Positions 1-12,585 of a DNA stretch of 64,000 nucleotides are shown in pieces. The translations under genes were made by a program, and so were the position numbers. Below the pieces are notes generated by a model, which did no database searches, was not told the origin of the DNA, and saw nothing but the letters and a program-made list of their open reading frames with translations. Numbering within the stretch: the first letter of the stretch is position 1; the number at the start of each line of letters is the position of its first letter. The stretch is taken from positions 310,001 to 374,000 of the forward strand of contig QPMI01000494.1 in the NCBI GenBank assembly GCA_004431415.1, written 5' to 3'. This stretch comes from Cyanophora paradoxa CCMP329. Its lineage: Eukaryota > Plantae > Glaucophyta.

Positions 1-2019
1 AACTCGCGGAGGCGATTTCAGTGTTCACCGTATTCCATTTTCTTATATAATTTTAACTTGTCGGGAAGAGGCATCGTCCCAAGAGGTTTGTTTTCGATCT
101 GTTTTCGATCCTTGATCGTGGTCCTTGAGAATGTTCTCATTTCATCGTATATTTAAATTTTCCAAAACGTGTCCGAGCGAGGAGCCGGGAGCACGGGTGT
201 ATCGGTGGGGCCTTGCATCGTATCGGACCGGTACCCCCGGTGGAGGGAAGAAGGGGGACGGGGGGTACGTATACGTCGCTGACAGGCATTGGCACGGCGG
301 CCTTGCTCACTCTCGACATTAATTATATATGTAATTAATATTTGTTCCAATTGGATCAGCGCCCCGCCGGCGCCGGCGCCGCCCCCACATATTTAGCGAC
401 CCATGCATGCGTCGACCCAGACCATCGGACCGGAGCGGCGCCGCAGCGCGCGCGCCGGGGCGCCAGGGCCAGGGCTAGGTGCCAGTCATACATATACATA
501 TGCATGCACACCTGCGAAGCACCCCCCTCCTCCCCCCCTCCCGCCCTCCCATCCGCCCGCCATCCCCCGCCCCTTCCCGCCTCCCCTCCCCCATAGCTAG
601 ACGCCCCCCCCCCCCCCCCCCCCCGCCAACCCTCCCCCCCCCCCCTTCCCGGCCCCGTCGACGTCCCTCTGTCTGCTTTACCGGCTCTGTCTGCTTCACT
701 CTGCTTCGATTCAAACGTTGAATTATGAGATCGTTTTCGGCCTTGGGGAAAGGAGAGGCCCTTAGGTCTGTTGGTCACTTGTCACAAAATTTTAGAAAGC
801 GAAATTCGTATATCTGAAGACACCTACTACCCCATTTTAGACTCTGGGGAGCACGATGGTCCGGCCCGTTTTCCTATGAGAGGCCTCTAATGGGCAGTAA
901 CAGCACGTCGAAAAGCACAGAAAAGCATTTTCCCGGAAAAAAATAGAAAGCGCAAATCACATTGGCCTTCCAAGTCGAAATTTGAAAATTATTAATTTGA
1001 AGAGACCGCACCCCATTCGCTAGGAAATAGTTTCCAAATTAACGGAGAGCCACGTGGCCGGCCAGCAAATTTGTATGAGTCAGGGTCGTTGTCACAGTGT
1101 GTGCCACGAGGTGGGTTTTAAATATACTTGATGCGTTAGTTGAAAGATTATCAAAATAAACAATTTAAACAGAGCCTTATTACTACGAATTACATTCAAA
1201 TGATTCATAGATAATTATCAACCACCTCCAAAAAGCGCCGAAAGTCGTTTTCATTCAGCTGAGACGACCAATGGGCCCCTCGGGGCCTGTACTCGGTACA
1301 ACTGCGGCCGATTGGGCCCCGCATCGATATCGATATCTGTACCCTTGCGGCACAACTCTGTACCCTCTCACTTGAGTGTGTACCCTTGCCGAGTATACGT
1401 AGACCCCTCTGTTTCTCCTCCCCCCTCCCCCGTAACCGCGCGCGGTTGCGGGCCCCCGTTAAAAAACAAAGAGCTGCCACCCTCACGCCTTGAAGCCCCA
1501 AGACCCAAGGCCACTCCTGCTACGCAGGGACTCGCTTGTCATCACTTCTTCCAATGCTCTCCTCGCTGTCCCCTTCTTGGGGCCGGGTCCTCTGCGGTTC
1601 GGCCCCTGGATGAACAACGAAGGATCGGCTTCTGCGTCGAGCGGATCGCGAAACAACAAATTGAATAACCCTCTGGCAAGAAAATGTGCAATGCGATAGA
1701 ATAGAAGATTTCCTCTGTGATTTCTGCCGGCCATGGGACAGGCCCGCGGCCGCGCGCGACCGCCCGGCCCCGCCTCAAGCTTTCTTGAATATCTGGATCC
1801 GAAAGCCGCGGCCGAGGCCTAGACGGAGACAATACGTCTAAAGATAGAACTGAGGTATCCGTAAAGTGCACGTGTCAAGTCGAGAGATGCGCCTACTGGT
1901 TACGCCGTGCCGGGAACCTATCAGCCATCGCGGCCGAGTATAGCTAGAGCCACCCAGGAAAGTGCGCGTGCGCTAGATCGGAATTCGATTGCATATAGAT
2001 AATTTATACAAAGCCTGTC

Positions 2020-2400
2020 TAGCGCCCCGTGTGCCCCGCCGCCCTCCAGCGCCCCGCCCCCGTCGCCCCCCGGCGCCCCGGCGCCCCTCCGCCCCCGTCG
2101 CCCTCCCCCCCCCCCCCCCCCCCCCCCCACCCCCCACCCCCGCCCTCCTCGCCCGGCGCCCCGGCGCCCCCAGTGCCCGCCCGTCACCCCCAGCGCTCCG
2201 CCACCCTCTTAGCGCCCCACCCCGTCGCCCCTCTTCCTCCCCCCCCCCCCCTCCGCCGCCCCCAGCGCCCCGCCCCGTCGCCTTCTAGCGCCCCACCCAG
2301 TCGCTCTCCAGCGCCCCGCCCCCTCGCCCTCCAGTGCCCCGCCCCCGTCGCCCCCAGCTCCCCGCCGCCCCCGCGCCCCGCCGCCCCCAGCGCCCCGGCA
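2020..2400. repeat. Degenerate GC-rich minisatellite (ccagcgccccgccccgtcgccc-like units)
   Basis: Repeated cagcgccccgccc/ccgtcgcccc motifs; the overlapping ORFs are low-complexity Pro/Arg/Gly artefacts. Confidence 0.6.
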
Positions 2401-2779
2401 GGGGCGAAGTACATAAATGACGGGCGGGGGCCCGGGGCGGCCTTGCTCTCTTTCGACATAAATACGTGAAATCAGCGCTCCGCCCCCCCCCCCTCCCCCC
2501 CCCCCCCCATATTCAAGCTCGTTCTCTCCAAATGGCGCCGCGCGGTGGGCCGGCTTTCGATCATCATCGGATACAGAAAACATATTGGTATATACATAAC
2601 TACATGCTTCACTATGGGCTTACATAAAGAATTAAAAAATCACAAGCAGCGCTTAAGCTTGCGGTAGCAGCGCTAGCGCTGCGATGCACTGATCGGCGTT
2701 GTCCCATATTAATCGTCAATTCGAATTCACTCCGACTCGGCAAACACAGTCTCGGAAACCATCTGCGGCGCACCGAGCG

Positions 2780-5600
2780 TTTAGAGACCTTGTTTAGAAA
2801 CCTTGCGCGCGGCTGCCCAGACTGCTAGCGCTAGGATCGAGACGCTGAGAGACGGGTCCGGGCGTCCGGGCGCATGCGCACGGGGGCGAGCGCGCTCTCG
2901 AGCTCCGCGAGGACGTCGGCATTAAGGGCCTCCAGCTCGGCCTCGTACTCGGCCTGCGCGCCAAGGTTTATCGCCGCCACTCACCTATATATAATTGATT
3001 AACATCAAGTAGAGATAACCTCCTGCGCGTCCTCGGCCATGGCCACCTGGACCTCGTCGTCCAGGTGCGAGCCCGGCTTCGCGACGCAGGTCGCGCCCGT
3101 CTTATTGTTTTTGAAACCGAGGCCCGAGCTCCAGCACGCGCTGCGAATATATACGCGGTAATTATGTAATAAGAGAGAACAGTAATTATGTAAATCGATG
3201 CTATTGCTCTTGGGACTCTAATTCAGCTAACGTCACGTAATCAACGAAGAACGGCGCCGGCGTCGCGCTCACTTCCTGTGGTAGGTCCCAGTCAAGGCAG
3301 TGGTGCAGCTGCGGATCTTCATGGTCAGCATTTCAAGTTTTGCCCGACAACTTCTGGGGCAATTGAAATCGCGATCTTCTCTGCGATTAATATTGCGAGC
3401 GCTTACGTCTTGTCTGAGTAGCACGTGCCGCAATTCGCGTCGTTGTTGACGATCTTCCCGTCGGCTTCCATCTGGTAAGAGCAGCCCTCCACGCCATACG
3501 TAACGGTCTGGTTCGAATTCGCTCCTCCGGCCGCGGTCGACGTGGCAGTCGTGTTCGCTTGCTTCCCGTTAATGCAGGACCTGATTAAGGACGGGGCCGG
3601 GGGAAGCGTTTCATAGCCATCAGATAGTGTCGACGTACGAATCGCGATATCGATTGCAAACTCGCGCCGGGCCGGGGACGCACTGCCCCGTGCTGTCGGT
3701 GAATGTTCCGAGGATGTCGCCCTGTGTCAAGACTCTTGTCAATTGCAACGTAATGACGTCCGGATCCGACCTTGAGAATTCACAGCGATCATGATCGGCC
3801 ATCAGTTTGCGCACGGTAGCATTGAATCCGGAGTAGCAATTGAAGACGGGCGCGTTGTATGTGAGGTCGCTGGTAGTGTAGGTCGAACTGTTCCCTTTCT
3901 GGAAAACGGTCGACTTTCCCCCAAGCTTCCAGCAATCCCTGCAATCAATTTGGCGACCTCATGATCAGTGATAAGCCTGGCAGAACTCGTTCGTTCCTGT
4001 CATATTAATGAAATTAATATCAATACTAGTACTGGTCGCGCACGAGCTTGTCGAGACGATGCCAAGGCTGGCCCCAGTACCGTTGTAATCGGTGTAGCAT
4101 GGGCCCTGATCGTGACAGAGGCACGCGTCAGTCCGTATACATGTTCACGCGTGAAAGTGAAATTCAAAGCGATGGCAACATATCACTTTGTCCGAGATTC
4201 ATTATTTATAGAGGCGGAATCAGCGAGTCCCGGAGCCCGAGATAATTTATTTTAGTTGCAATCGCAGGCGCCGGCGCGGCCGCCGCGCTCGAGCTCGCCT
4301 TCGAAAATTGGTTGAAACACATTGCGCTGTTGTAGGCCCCCGTCGCGGAATTGAATATTTGCATCGTGTACGATAATGAAGTCGAATCCGATTGGCAGGT
4401 CCTGTGCACATGTAAATTTGAGAATGACCCATTGCAAGGTATTATCATATTATGGCCTTGGAGAGGCTTGTATATTTATCAATTCAAATGTGTGCACGTG
4501 CTGGCGATTGCATCCGTGCCGGGCACGGTGGCGAGCTTGCCGTTCCAGGCCTTGGCCGAATCGGTGTTAGAACAACTGTAGACAATCGCAAAGAAGATTC
4601 ATCAGCCAGCTGAACTCGCACACACGAGTACTGTGCGGAGCACGCGCTGGCCATGGCGCGTTTCACCCGTAGTAATCAAAGCAAGTGTACAGAGTCTTGT
4701 TGTAGTAGTTCGTCGTAGTGGAAGTGGACCCCGATGCTGTCGTGTATGTCTTTATCTCCTTAAGAGTTTCGCCTGCTTTGCGATCAGCAGCGTTGAACGG
4801 TGCATCATGATCATGTCATGTACAGCATGCGCGCGCAGTAGGGCGTGAAATTGAATTTTTCGAAGCTTCAAGGCTTCAGACTAGTAAAAGTCTCATTCTC
4901 ATTTACGTATATATACTTACCGCCCAGCCCGCCGTTTCCCGTACTCTCGAAGCACTGGCGCGTGCTGGAGTTGCAGCAGTCGAAGTCAGCCTGACAGCTG
5001 GAGGCCTAGGGCGGCGTGCGAGCGGGGACCGGGCCCGGGGCGCACGCATCGGCGACTGTCTGGGCGGTCTCGGTGAGAGTTCCCAGAGAGTTCCAAGTCC
5101 CTGACACCGGCGTCCAGGTGCCGGACGCGTTCTTCGTGTTTCCATCAAAGCACTCGAACGTGGCGGTGGTGGAGCTCATTGATGGAAGGCTTATTTCCAA
5201 GTTTCAATCTCAACTGGGTCGACACTGACATCGCAGAAAGTCGATTAGCCGATATTTACTCAGCGCGCTGCGCAAACACGCGCGCATCGACATCGCCGAG
5301 TCGGTATACGTACCTATAGCTAGGCCCGACACACCGAATATATATATTAATGAGAACTTCGGACGATCGGAGGCCGCGTCGGCACTGCGGATGCGGCAAC
5401 TTATGCAAGCCTGCCGGGCTCGGAATTCCAAAGCTCAACGGCTTATAAGTTATAACTGAACGAAAACAGCCGGGCACTGCGGCCCGGCGGGCCGCTTCCG
5501 GCGCACCACGCGTACGTACCGTAGTACACCGCGGTACGCGTGGCCGATGTGCGTTGCGGTGATCTATAACCTGCAGGCCTGCGCATGCCATGGCCACGCT
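2780..5600 (-). CDS. Multi-exon hypothetical Cys/Thr/Asn-rich protein, possibly extracellular (ends approximate)
   Basis: Minus-strand exon-like pieces bounded by splice signals: TATFECFDGNTKNASGTWTPVSGTWNSLGT, TRQCFESTGNGGLG, CNGSFSNLHVHRTCQSDS, SCINGKQANTTATST...GVEGCSYQMEADGKIVNNDANCGTCYSDK, ACWSSGLGFKNNKTGATCVAKPG; many NxS/T sequons; no recognised family. Confidence 0.4.
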
Positions 5601-6004
5601 CTCTGATCATGCGGGCCTGATCATGACGTCGACCGTGACTGCGGCTCCGGGGCTCGCCGACTCGGCCAGGCTGCTCCTGCGCATGCCGCGTACACGTGTA
5701 CGCGCTGCAGGCTCTTTGCAATTCTGTTTTTTTCGTGTTGTGGCTCTTTGCGTTCTTGTTTTTGCTTTTTTGCTTTTAGGCTTTTTTTCATGATGAGCAC
5801 GTTCCAATTATTCATCACCCATAAGAATGATTGCCCATTCACATGTCAGTCGAACTGTCAGATACCACATCATACCAGGCGGCGGGCGCCCGGCCCGGCG
5901 GCCGGCGCCGGCGGCGCCCGGCGCCGGCGCCTTGGGCGGCTGTTGGCCCAGTGTTGGGCGGCTGTTGGCCCAGAGTCCAGAGTCCCACACTAGTTGGCGA
6001 GTCC

Positions 6005-7283
6005 CGCCCAGTGTTGGGCCTACTAGTAGTTCAACGGTTGGCCCGGCGCCGGCGCGGGCGCCGGCCGGGGCAGCGGCGCCGCGGCGGGGCCGCCGGGCCA
6101 CCAGGCCAAGGGTCGGAACGAAGCGAAGAATGGTCTGATTTCATAGAATACTCACTAGTACATATACAAGTAAATACGTGCCCTAATTAACGAGAGGAGG
6201 CTCCCGGGTACGTAGCGCCCCGGCTAGGGCCCGGCGGGGCCGGGCCCGGGGCCGGGGGCGGGCGGTCTTTGATCTTGGCTCTACAAAGAAGCGGGGAATG
6301 TATTTCAAAGATTTCCTAGAGCGAGGGAGGTCGGGAGAGGGGCCAGGGCCAGCCCCGGCTAGGGCCCGGCGGGGTGCGGGGCGGGGTGCGGGGCCGGGGC
6401 CGGGGCCGGGGCCGGGGGCGGGCCCCGGGAGGCGGGCGGCGCGGAGCTCGAGGCCGTCGAACAGCTCCCAGCAGGCCGCGTCGACGGCGGCGTAACTAAG
6501 GAAAGAATAACTAAGGGTATGCCCCATCGGCCCGGCGGACCTTGGCCGCCCTAATAAAATTAACTCTATATATAACCTTCACCCGTACCTAGGCCTGACA
6601 GCCTAGTTTGTTTGTGATATTTCATAGATTTCCCCCAGGCCGTCGAAGAGCTCCCAGCAGGCCGCGTCGACGGCGGCGGCGACCTCCCCGCCCCCGCCCC
6701 GCTGCTGCACCCAGTTCACCGAGGCCAGCATCTGCGGCAACGTCGACGTCAGCTGGAACAGAAGTACAGTGCTCGTCTTGTTAAAGCTCGCGAGGATGGT
6801 TAAGCTTGTCTTGCCCAACTAATAATTAAAGTGTGATTATATAACGCTTAAGCCAAAACTGAGCTAAACTCACCATGCGGTAGTCGACGGGGAGGTCGAC
6901 GGCCTTGGGGTCCGCGATCCAGACGGGGAATTTGGGGAGGCGCAGCTGGTGGTGCGCGTACTGCAGCTCGTCGTCCCCTGCCGCGCGATCAAATCTAGGG
7001 GGGGGAGGGTGGGGGGGGGTACGGACAGTTCTTGGAGGCGACGTAGGCGGGGGAGAGGAAGAAGAGGAAGGCGCGGCAGAGGTTCATCGCCTCCTGCGAG
7101 CCCTCATTGGTCGACGGAGACGATTCAGTTGGGAGGGGGGGTACATGGCGCACGCCGATCTTGGCCATCCAGCGCTGGCCGGCCTTCAGCTCGCGGTCGA
7201 CCCTGCGAGGAGCGGACGCTCAGCGGCGCAAAAAGGCGTGGCGGGGCGTGGCGGGGCGTGGCCGGGGCCGGGGGAGGGGGCGT

Positions 7284-7324
<41 letters not shown>

Positions 7325-8130
7325 CGGCGCGCCAGACAGCGAAGCCGGCGGCCTCGAGGGCGTCGGCGTACAGGAAGACGACCGCCGCGTCCGCGTGCGC
7401 GTAGCTGCGCTCGCGCTCAACGGTCGGAGGGCTCGTTTCATGAGGGCCCAGCACCTTAGGAAAAGGTCCCAGCGCTTGCCGTCGGCGGCGGCGGCGGCGG
7501 GGCCCGGGGAGCCGTGGCGGGGCGGCGGGGCGGCGGGGGCGGCCAGCGCCGCCGCCTCGGAGAGGATGCGGTGGCGGGCGCCTGCGTGGGCCACGCCCAT
7601 CTCCCGCAGCGCCCCGTCCGTTAGGGCGAGCAGCGCCGGGCCGTCCGTGTACGAAAACGCCGGCGCGAACCTGCGGCCGCGCGCTCAGGTGAGCGGGCGG
7701 GCGGCGTAGGCGTAGGCGGGTGGCGGGAGCTCTAAACTAAAGAATCGCTAAAGTATCGTACGCCCAGGTGAGCGGGCGGGCGGGCGGGCGGCGGGGGCGG
7801 CGGGGGCTGCGCGCGCACTCGGCGAGGGGTCCCCGCGAGCGGATCCACTCGACGACGTGCGCCTCCCTCCACTGCCGCACGTCCGCCTGCGGGGGGAGAG
7901 GCGGTGAGAGGGGCGGGTGGGTGGGAGGCGGGGGCCTGGGCGCACGGGGGCAGGGAGGGCGGCTCGGGAGGCTCGGGCGGCTCGGGGGCGGCGGCCGACG
8001 GCGGCGGCGGAGCGGGGGCGGTGCGGGAGGCTCGGCGGCGGGGCGGGCTCGGGGGGGGACGAGGCCGGCTCGACGAGGCGCTGCTCGCAGCTCGCGAGGG
8101 CGACCAGCAGACCCGACACGGGCCGCGCGT
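6005..8130. repeat. Segmental duplication copy A (SAM-TIR exons, introns and 3' flank)
   Basis: Closely similar to ~25795-27965, including introns and the flank gaacgaagcgaagaatggtctgatttcatagaata. Confidence 0.9.
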
Positions 8131-9820
8131 TGTCGGTCCACCTAGGAGGAGGAGGGTGAGCTAGTGGCCATATGCATGCTCGGCGTCGCGCGCGAGAGCT
8201 GCGGATGGAGGGGAGTGGATCAGGTGAAGAAGAGGGGAGGGGGCGGGGGGGGGGGGAGGGGGGGGGGGGGGGCACGGACCCGCAGGAACGCGTTGCAGAG
8301 GATGAAGGACTGCCCCGCGATGATCGCCTGCGAGGGGGGTAAGCGAAAGAAAGCAGGTGGGGTGGAGGGGCGAAGGTGGGGTACGGGCCTCGACGGCAAC
8401 GAGTATGAACGCGCCGTTCTTGCACACGAGCACCTCCGACTGGAGGCAGCGCTCGATGGGGTACGTGTTGAACGTCGGGCTGCCCGCGGGTAAGAGACGG
8501 GAGGGGAGGGGTACACCTCAAGAAAGAGATGGGGTACCTGAAGACGGGGAGCTCGAAGAGGGGTAGGGCCGCCATGCCCTTGCTGAGGAGCCAGCCACGC
8601 ATCGAGTAGTCCGAGCAGTAGTCGCCAACCGGATCATGTACTGCGAAATGATTCGGAAAGGGAAGAAGGGGGGAGTAGACGGGGGGGTACCCCAGAAGGA
8701 TAGGGATTTGACGGAGGCCGAGTCGGGTACAGGGAGACGGTGAGACTCGAAAAGAAGGTTCTTCCCCGAGCGAATGAGGTTCTGGGGGGTATCGCGCGAT
8801 TTCAGCGATTTTTGAGAACTGCCTCCGCGCGGATTCGAACCTGGAGCCCCACGGCGACCATGACCTCCTTGACGGGGGTCTGCCAGTTCTGCGGGACGGG
8901 ACGCGGTCGGCTTCGGCGGGGACGGGTACGAGGGCGGCGGGGGCGGGGCGGGGCGGACCTGCGGGCGGGGTACGATGGCGACGGCGTTGTTGTCGGGGGC
9001 GATCCAGGACGCCTCCTGCGGGGAAGAAAGATGAGCGGGAGAACAGGAAAGCAGACCATCCATAAGAAAAAGGAGGGGGGGTATCTAGTTGAAGTCGAGG
9101 CAAACCAGCCGCGGCGGGAGACGCGCAGGCGGCGGGTGATAAGGCGCCGGCCCCCTTACTCCCCGCGGCCGGCCGCCCGACGGCCAGTTCAGGACCGGCC
9201 AGGGGACAGCTGCAGCTGCAGCGCCCGGCGGGGCCGGGCTCCAGGGCTCGGCGCTGCGCGGGGGCCGGGACGACGGGCGCGGCGGGAGGTCGTCGCGGCC
9301 TGCGCGAGATCGAAAGCCGTGAGCCGCGGCGCGCCCGCCGGCGCTGAAGCTGACTGGGCGGGCGGGCGGGCGGGCGGCGTGAGGCGCCCTCGCGCCCGGC
9401 TCGGCGCGGCGAGGCGCGCTCGCGGGCGGCGAGCACGCTGCCGCGCGACACGCCGCCGCGCGAACCCCCGCTCCGGTACCGGTGCTCTCCGGCGCCCCGC
9501 GCGTGGACCAGCTCGCCCCTGCGCCGCGCGCCGGAGAAGGCGCTGAAGGCGGCCAGCGCCGGCTCCTCCCGCCGGCCGGCGCGGAGGCCGATGAATCGCT
9601 CACGGCACACGACTCAGCGGTCGGGCGCGGCAGCGATGAATCGGAGCTAAGCGTGAGCAATCGGAGTCGGCGAATGCGGAGAGAGCAGCGGTGGATCGCG
9701 GCGCGGGAGTTCCGGCGAAGTCGATCGTGAAGACGACCGACGAAAGAGACGTCCTGCAGCTGACTCGGGCAGTCAGCATTGCTCGGGCGGAGCGCAAGGG
9801 GCGAGGACGTGCGCACTGTG
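6603..9820 (-). CDS. SAM-TIR domain protein, copy 1 (unknown N-terminal exons, short BBS1 remnant, Pro-rich linker, SAM, TIR); 5' end approximate
   Basis: Spliced SAM: ADVRQWREAHVVEWIRSRGPLAE|FAPAFSYTDGPALLALTDGALREMGVAHAGARHRILSEAAAL. Spliced TIR: WDLFLS|YAHADAAVVFLYADALEAAGFAVW|VDRELKAGQRWMAKIG|EAMNLCRAFLFFLSPAYVASKNW|DDELQYAHHQLRLPKFPVWI, with the Glu at the catalytic position (6967-6969). Confidence 0.8.
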
Positions 9821-10037
9821 CATAGGGGGCCTGCACCGAAGTCCTACGAGCAAAGTCCTGCCAGATCGACTACAGATCGAAGGATTCCAATGGAAGGGCG
9901 CGATCATCGAAGTCGGAAGTCGATCCAGAGGGGTATACGTACGGATCCCCGGAAGGTCGAGCCGCTGAGCTCCGACTCGTCTCCGAGCAGATCGGGCGCG
10001 AGGGATATCGGCTGGGCTATAGCTAGCCGCAGCTTCG
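9821..10037. promoter_or_regulatory. Putative short bidirectional promoter between the SAM-TIR gene (-) and NLR1 (+)
   Basis: A minus-strand intron-like segment at 9754-9816 (GTGCGC...CTGAC...CTGCAG) lies ~220 nt from the plus-strand ATG at 10038; inferred from gene geometry only. Confidence 0.35.
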
Positions 10038-12549
10038 ATGGGCTGCGGCGCCAGCAGCGTTTGCGGGGGCGGGGGAACAGCCCCCCGGTCGCCGGAAGAG
10101 GCGGATAACGATCGAGCTGCAGCTGCCATCAGCAACAGCGGCACACGTGATGGCTCAGTTGCGGGGATCGGTGGTCCGGATCACGCGGTGTCCGCTGAAG
10201 AAGCCGCGAGCGCTGCCAAAGTCGCCGACGCAGCTGCAGCTGCAGTAGAGCAGCGCCCGAGCGGGCTCTACGGCATGTGCGGGCCCGAGGAGCTGATGGT
10301 GATCACGCGGGTCGAGTTCGTGCAGACCGCTGCGCAGCTTGCGGGCCTGCTGCGATCAGAGCGTGTGCGCGCGGCTGCGAGCAAAGATCCAGAGAAGGAA
10401 GTGCCGCCGATGCTGCCGGCGGTCGACGACCTGGCGCGGAGAGGGAACGCAGAGCAAGCGCTGCGGGAGCTCTGCCACGAAGGCGCGTATACGTACACGC
10501 GCGGTCCGGCCCCGAGCCGCGCGACCCGTGCGCAGTTCTACGAGCCTTTACGGACGACGGATCGCTCGCGTTCTCTGCGGACGTTGCGGCCCTCGTCCAC
10601 TCCGGCGACCCCGACCTCTGCCGCGCCGTGCGCTCCGCCCCGCCCCGCCCCGCGGCCGCCCCGCCCCGCGCCTCAGGCGCCGCCCGCCCGCGATCGAGCC
10701 GCGCCTCCGCCGCAGCTCGTGGACGCGCTCCTGCGGAAGGCGAGCAAGGCGATGCTGGCCGACCACGCCGTCCTCTCCGCGCTCGCCTACGTCGCGGGGC
10801 ACCTTCCCCCGGACACGCTCACCGCCTCCGACTGGGCCGCCGTCCTCAAATTCGCATCCGAGCAGGCGAGCGGCCGCGCCGCGCCGCGCCGCCCGCCGGC
10901 GCCACCTGAAGGGGCGCGAACGCGCAGGTTGAGCTGCTGAGCGTGGAGGGGCTGGAGCTGGGCCCGAGCGACGCGGAGGCGCAGGTCGCCCTCGAGCTCA
11001 CCGCCGCCGTGCTCGCCGCCTACGAGGCCGCCTCCAGCGCCGCCTCCAGCGCCCCAGCCCCCGCCGCCCCCGCCCGGCCGCCGCTGCCGCCGCCCCCGCC
11101 TCCACCCCCGCCGACCCCGCCGCTACGGTGGCGGAGGTCGGCGACGGCGCCTCTGCCGCCTCGCCGCCCGCCCCCGACACCGCCTCCACCGCACCGGCCC
11201 CCAAGGTCCGATATCACCCCTTCCCCCCCCCCCCCCCCCCCACCCCCCCCCGCCCCCGCCCCGCCCCGCCTCGTCCCCCCCTTCCCGCCCCCCCTTCACC
11301 CCCCCCCCCCCAACCACCGTTCCCCATTCCTCTCTTATTCTTGCCTCCTTCGAACTTCGCCCCCCCCTCCCTTCAATGACTCCCTGGGACCCACTCCCCC
11401 CCCCCCTCCCCACCCCCCCTCCCCCCCCGACCTCCCGAACCCTCCTCCTCCCCCCTTTTACCCTTGGTCGCCTTCCCCTCGTCACTCCCCTCCTCTTCCC
11501 CCGCCCCCCTGTACCCCCCTGCCCCCCCGCGCCGCGCGCCCTCTTCTCTCTTCCTGAAACTGGCGGTGCGCAGGGAAGCGGCTGGATGTCGACGAGAGGC
11601 GCATTGCGGCGCTGAGCGAGAAGCTGAAGCGGCTGGAGGGCCGCGCGAGGGCAAAGGGGTGGTGGCGGGCGGAGGCTGCGGCGGTGGTGGCGGGGCAGGC
11701 GCTTGCGAGCGTCCGCAGCGGCGGCGAGCGCTTCGGGGACGTCGTCCGCCGGTGCAAGGCGGCCGGTCCGACCCGTCGAGCCTCCCGCACCGTTGCCCCG
11801 CCTCAGCTTCGGCCTCGCAGGTCGGATTCTGAAGAAGCTCTACGCGGCGAGCAAGGTCATCATGGAGGGCGTCTCCTCCATGGGCGCCACGACCGTCATC
11901 GACCTCGTCTTCTGGGCCAAGGCGCGCCGCAGCCGAACCGGGGACCCTGCCGGGCTCGTCGTGGCTAGCGCTGACTGGCGGTCCGGACCGCAGGACATCA
12001 TGAGCGACGAGAAGGGGGGCATACTGGAGGCGGCGCGGGAGATGTGGAACGACGCGCGCATCGTCGTCGGCAAGGGCGCGCATCTGCAGGGCCAGAACGT
12101 CGACCCCTGGTCCGATCCGCCCTCGGTCTTGAACTCGACGAGGGTGCCGAGCTGACGGGCGGGGGCGGCGGCAGGTACGCGCGGGCGCGGCTGCTGGGGT
12201 CGCTGGCGGCGGGCGGGCAGCTGGAGGAGCTGGAGGCTCTGCTGCGGGACGGCGGTGGGGAGGGGCTCGCGGACTGCGCCTCCAGCCGCCAGCTCGCCCT
12301 CGTCCTCGCCTCCGCCCTCGTCCGCGTGCGCGCCCTCCACCCGGCCCCGGCGGACCCCGCACCCGTGGCTGCGTCCGTAACCGAGCTCTGCCGGGGCCCG
12401 GGGCAGGTGGCGGAGGGGCCGAGCCCCACCCAGGCGGCGGCGGCGGCAGGGCTGCTCGAGCGTCTCGCCAGGAAGGCGGGGGAGCTGGGCGGGGCGGACG
12501 CGGCGGAGATCGCGGCGGGGGCGCTCGCGCACGTGGCGCGGCTCGACGA

Positions 12550-12585
<36 letters not shown>

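Noticed and set aside
780-1740. Possible DNA transposon end or remnant ORF
   Set aside because: AT-rich and repeat-like, but no terminal inverted repeat, target-site duplication or transposase motif could be identified
11200-11530. Poly-C tract and frame breaks suggesting NLR1 is a pseudogene or encodes polyproline
   Set aside because: Similar degraded homopolymer tracts occur throughout the window, mostly in introns, and look like sequencing or assembly noise; gene status cannot be decided without reads
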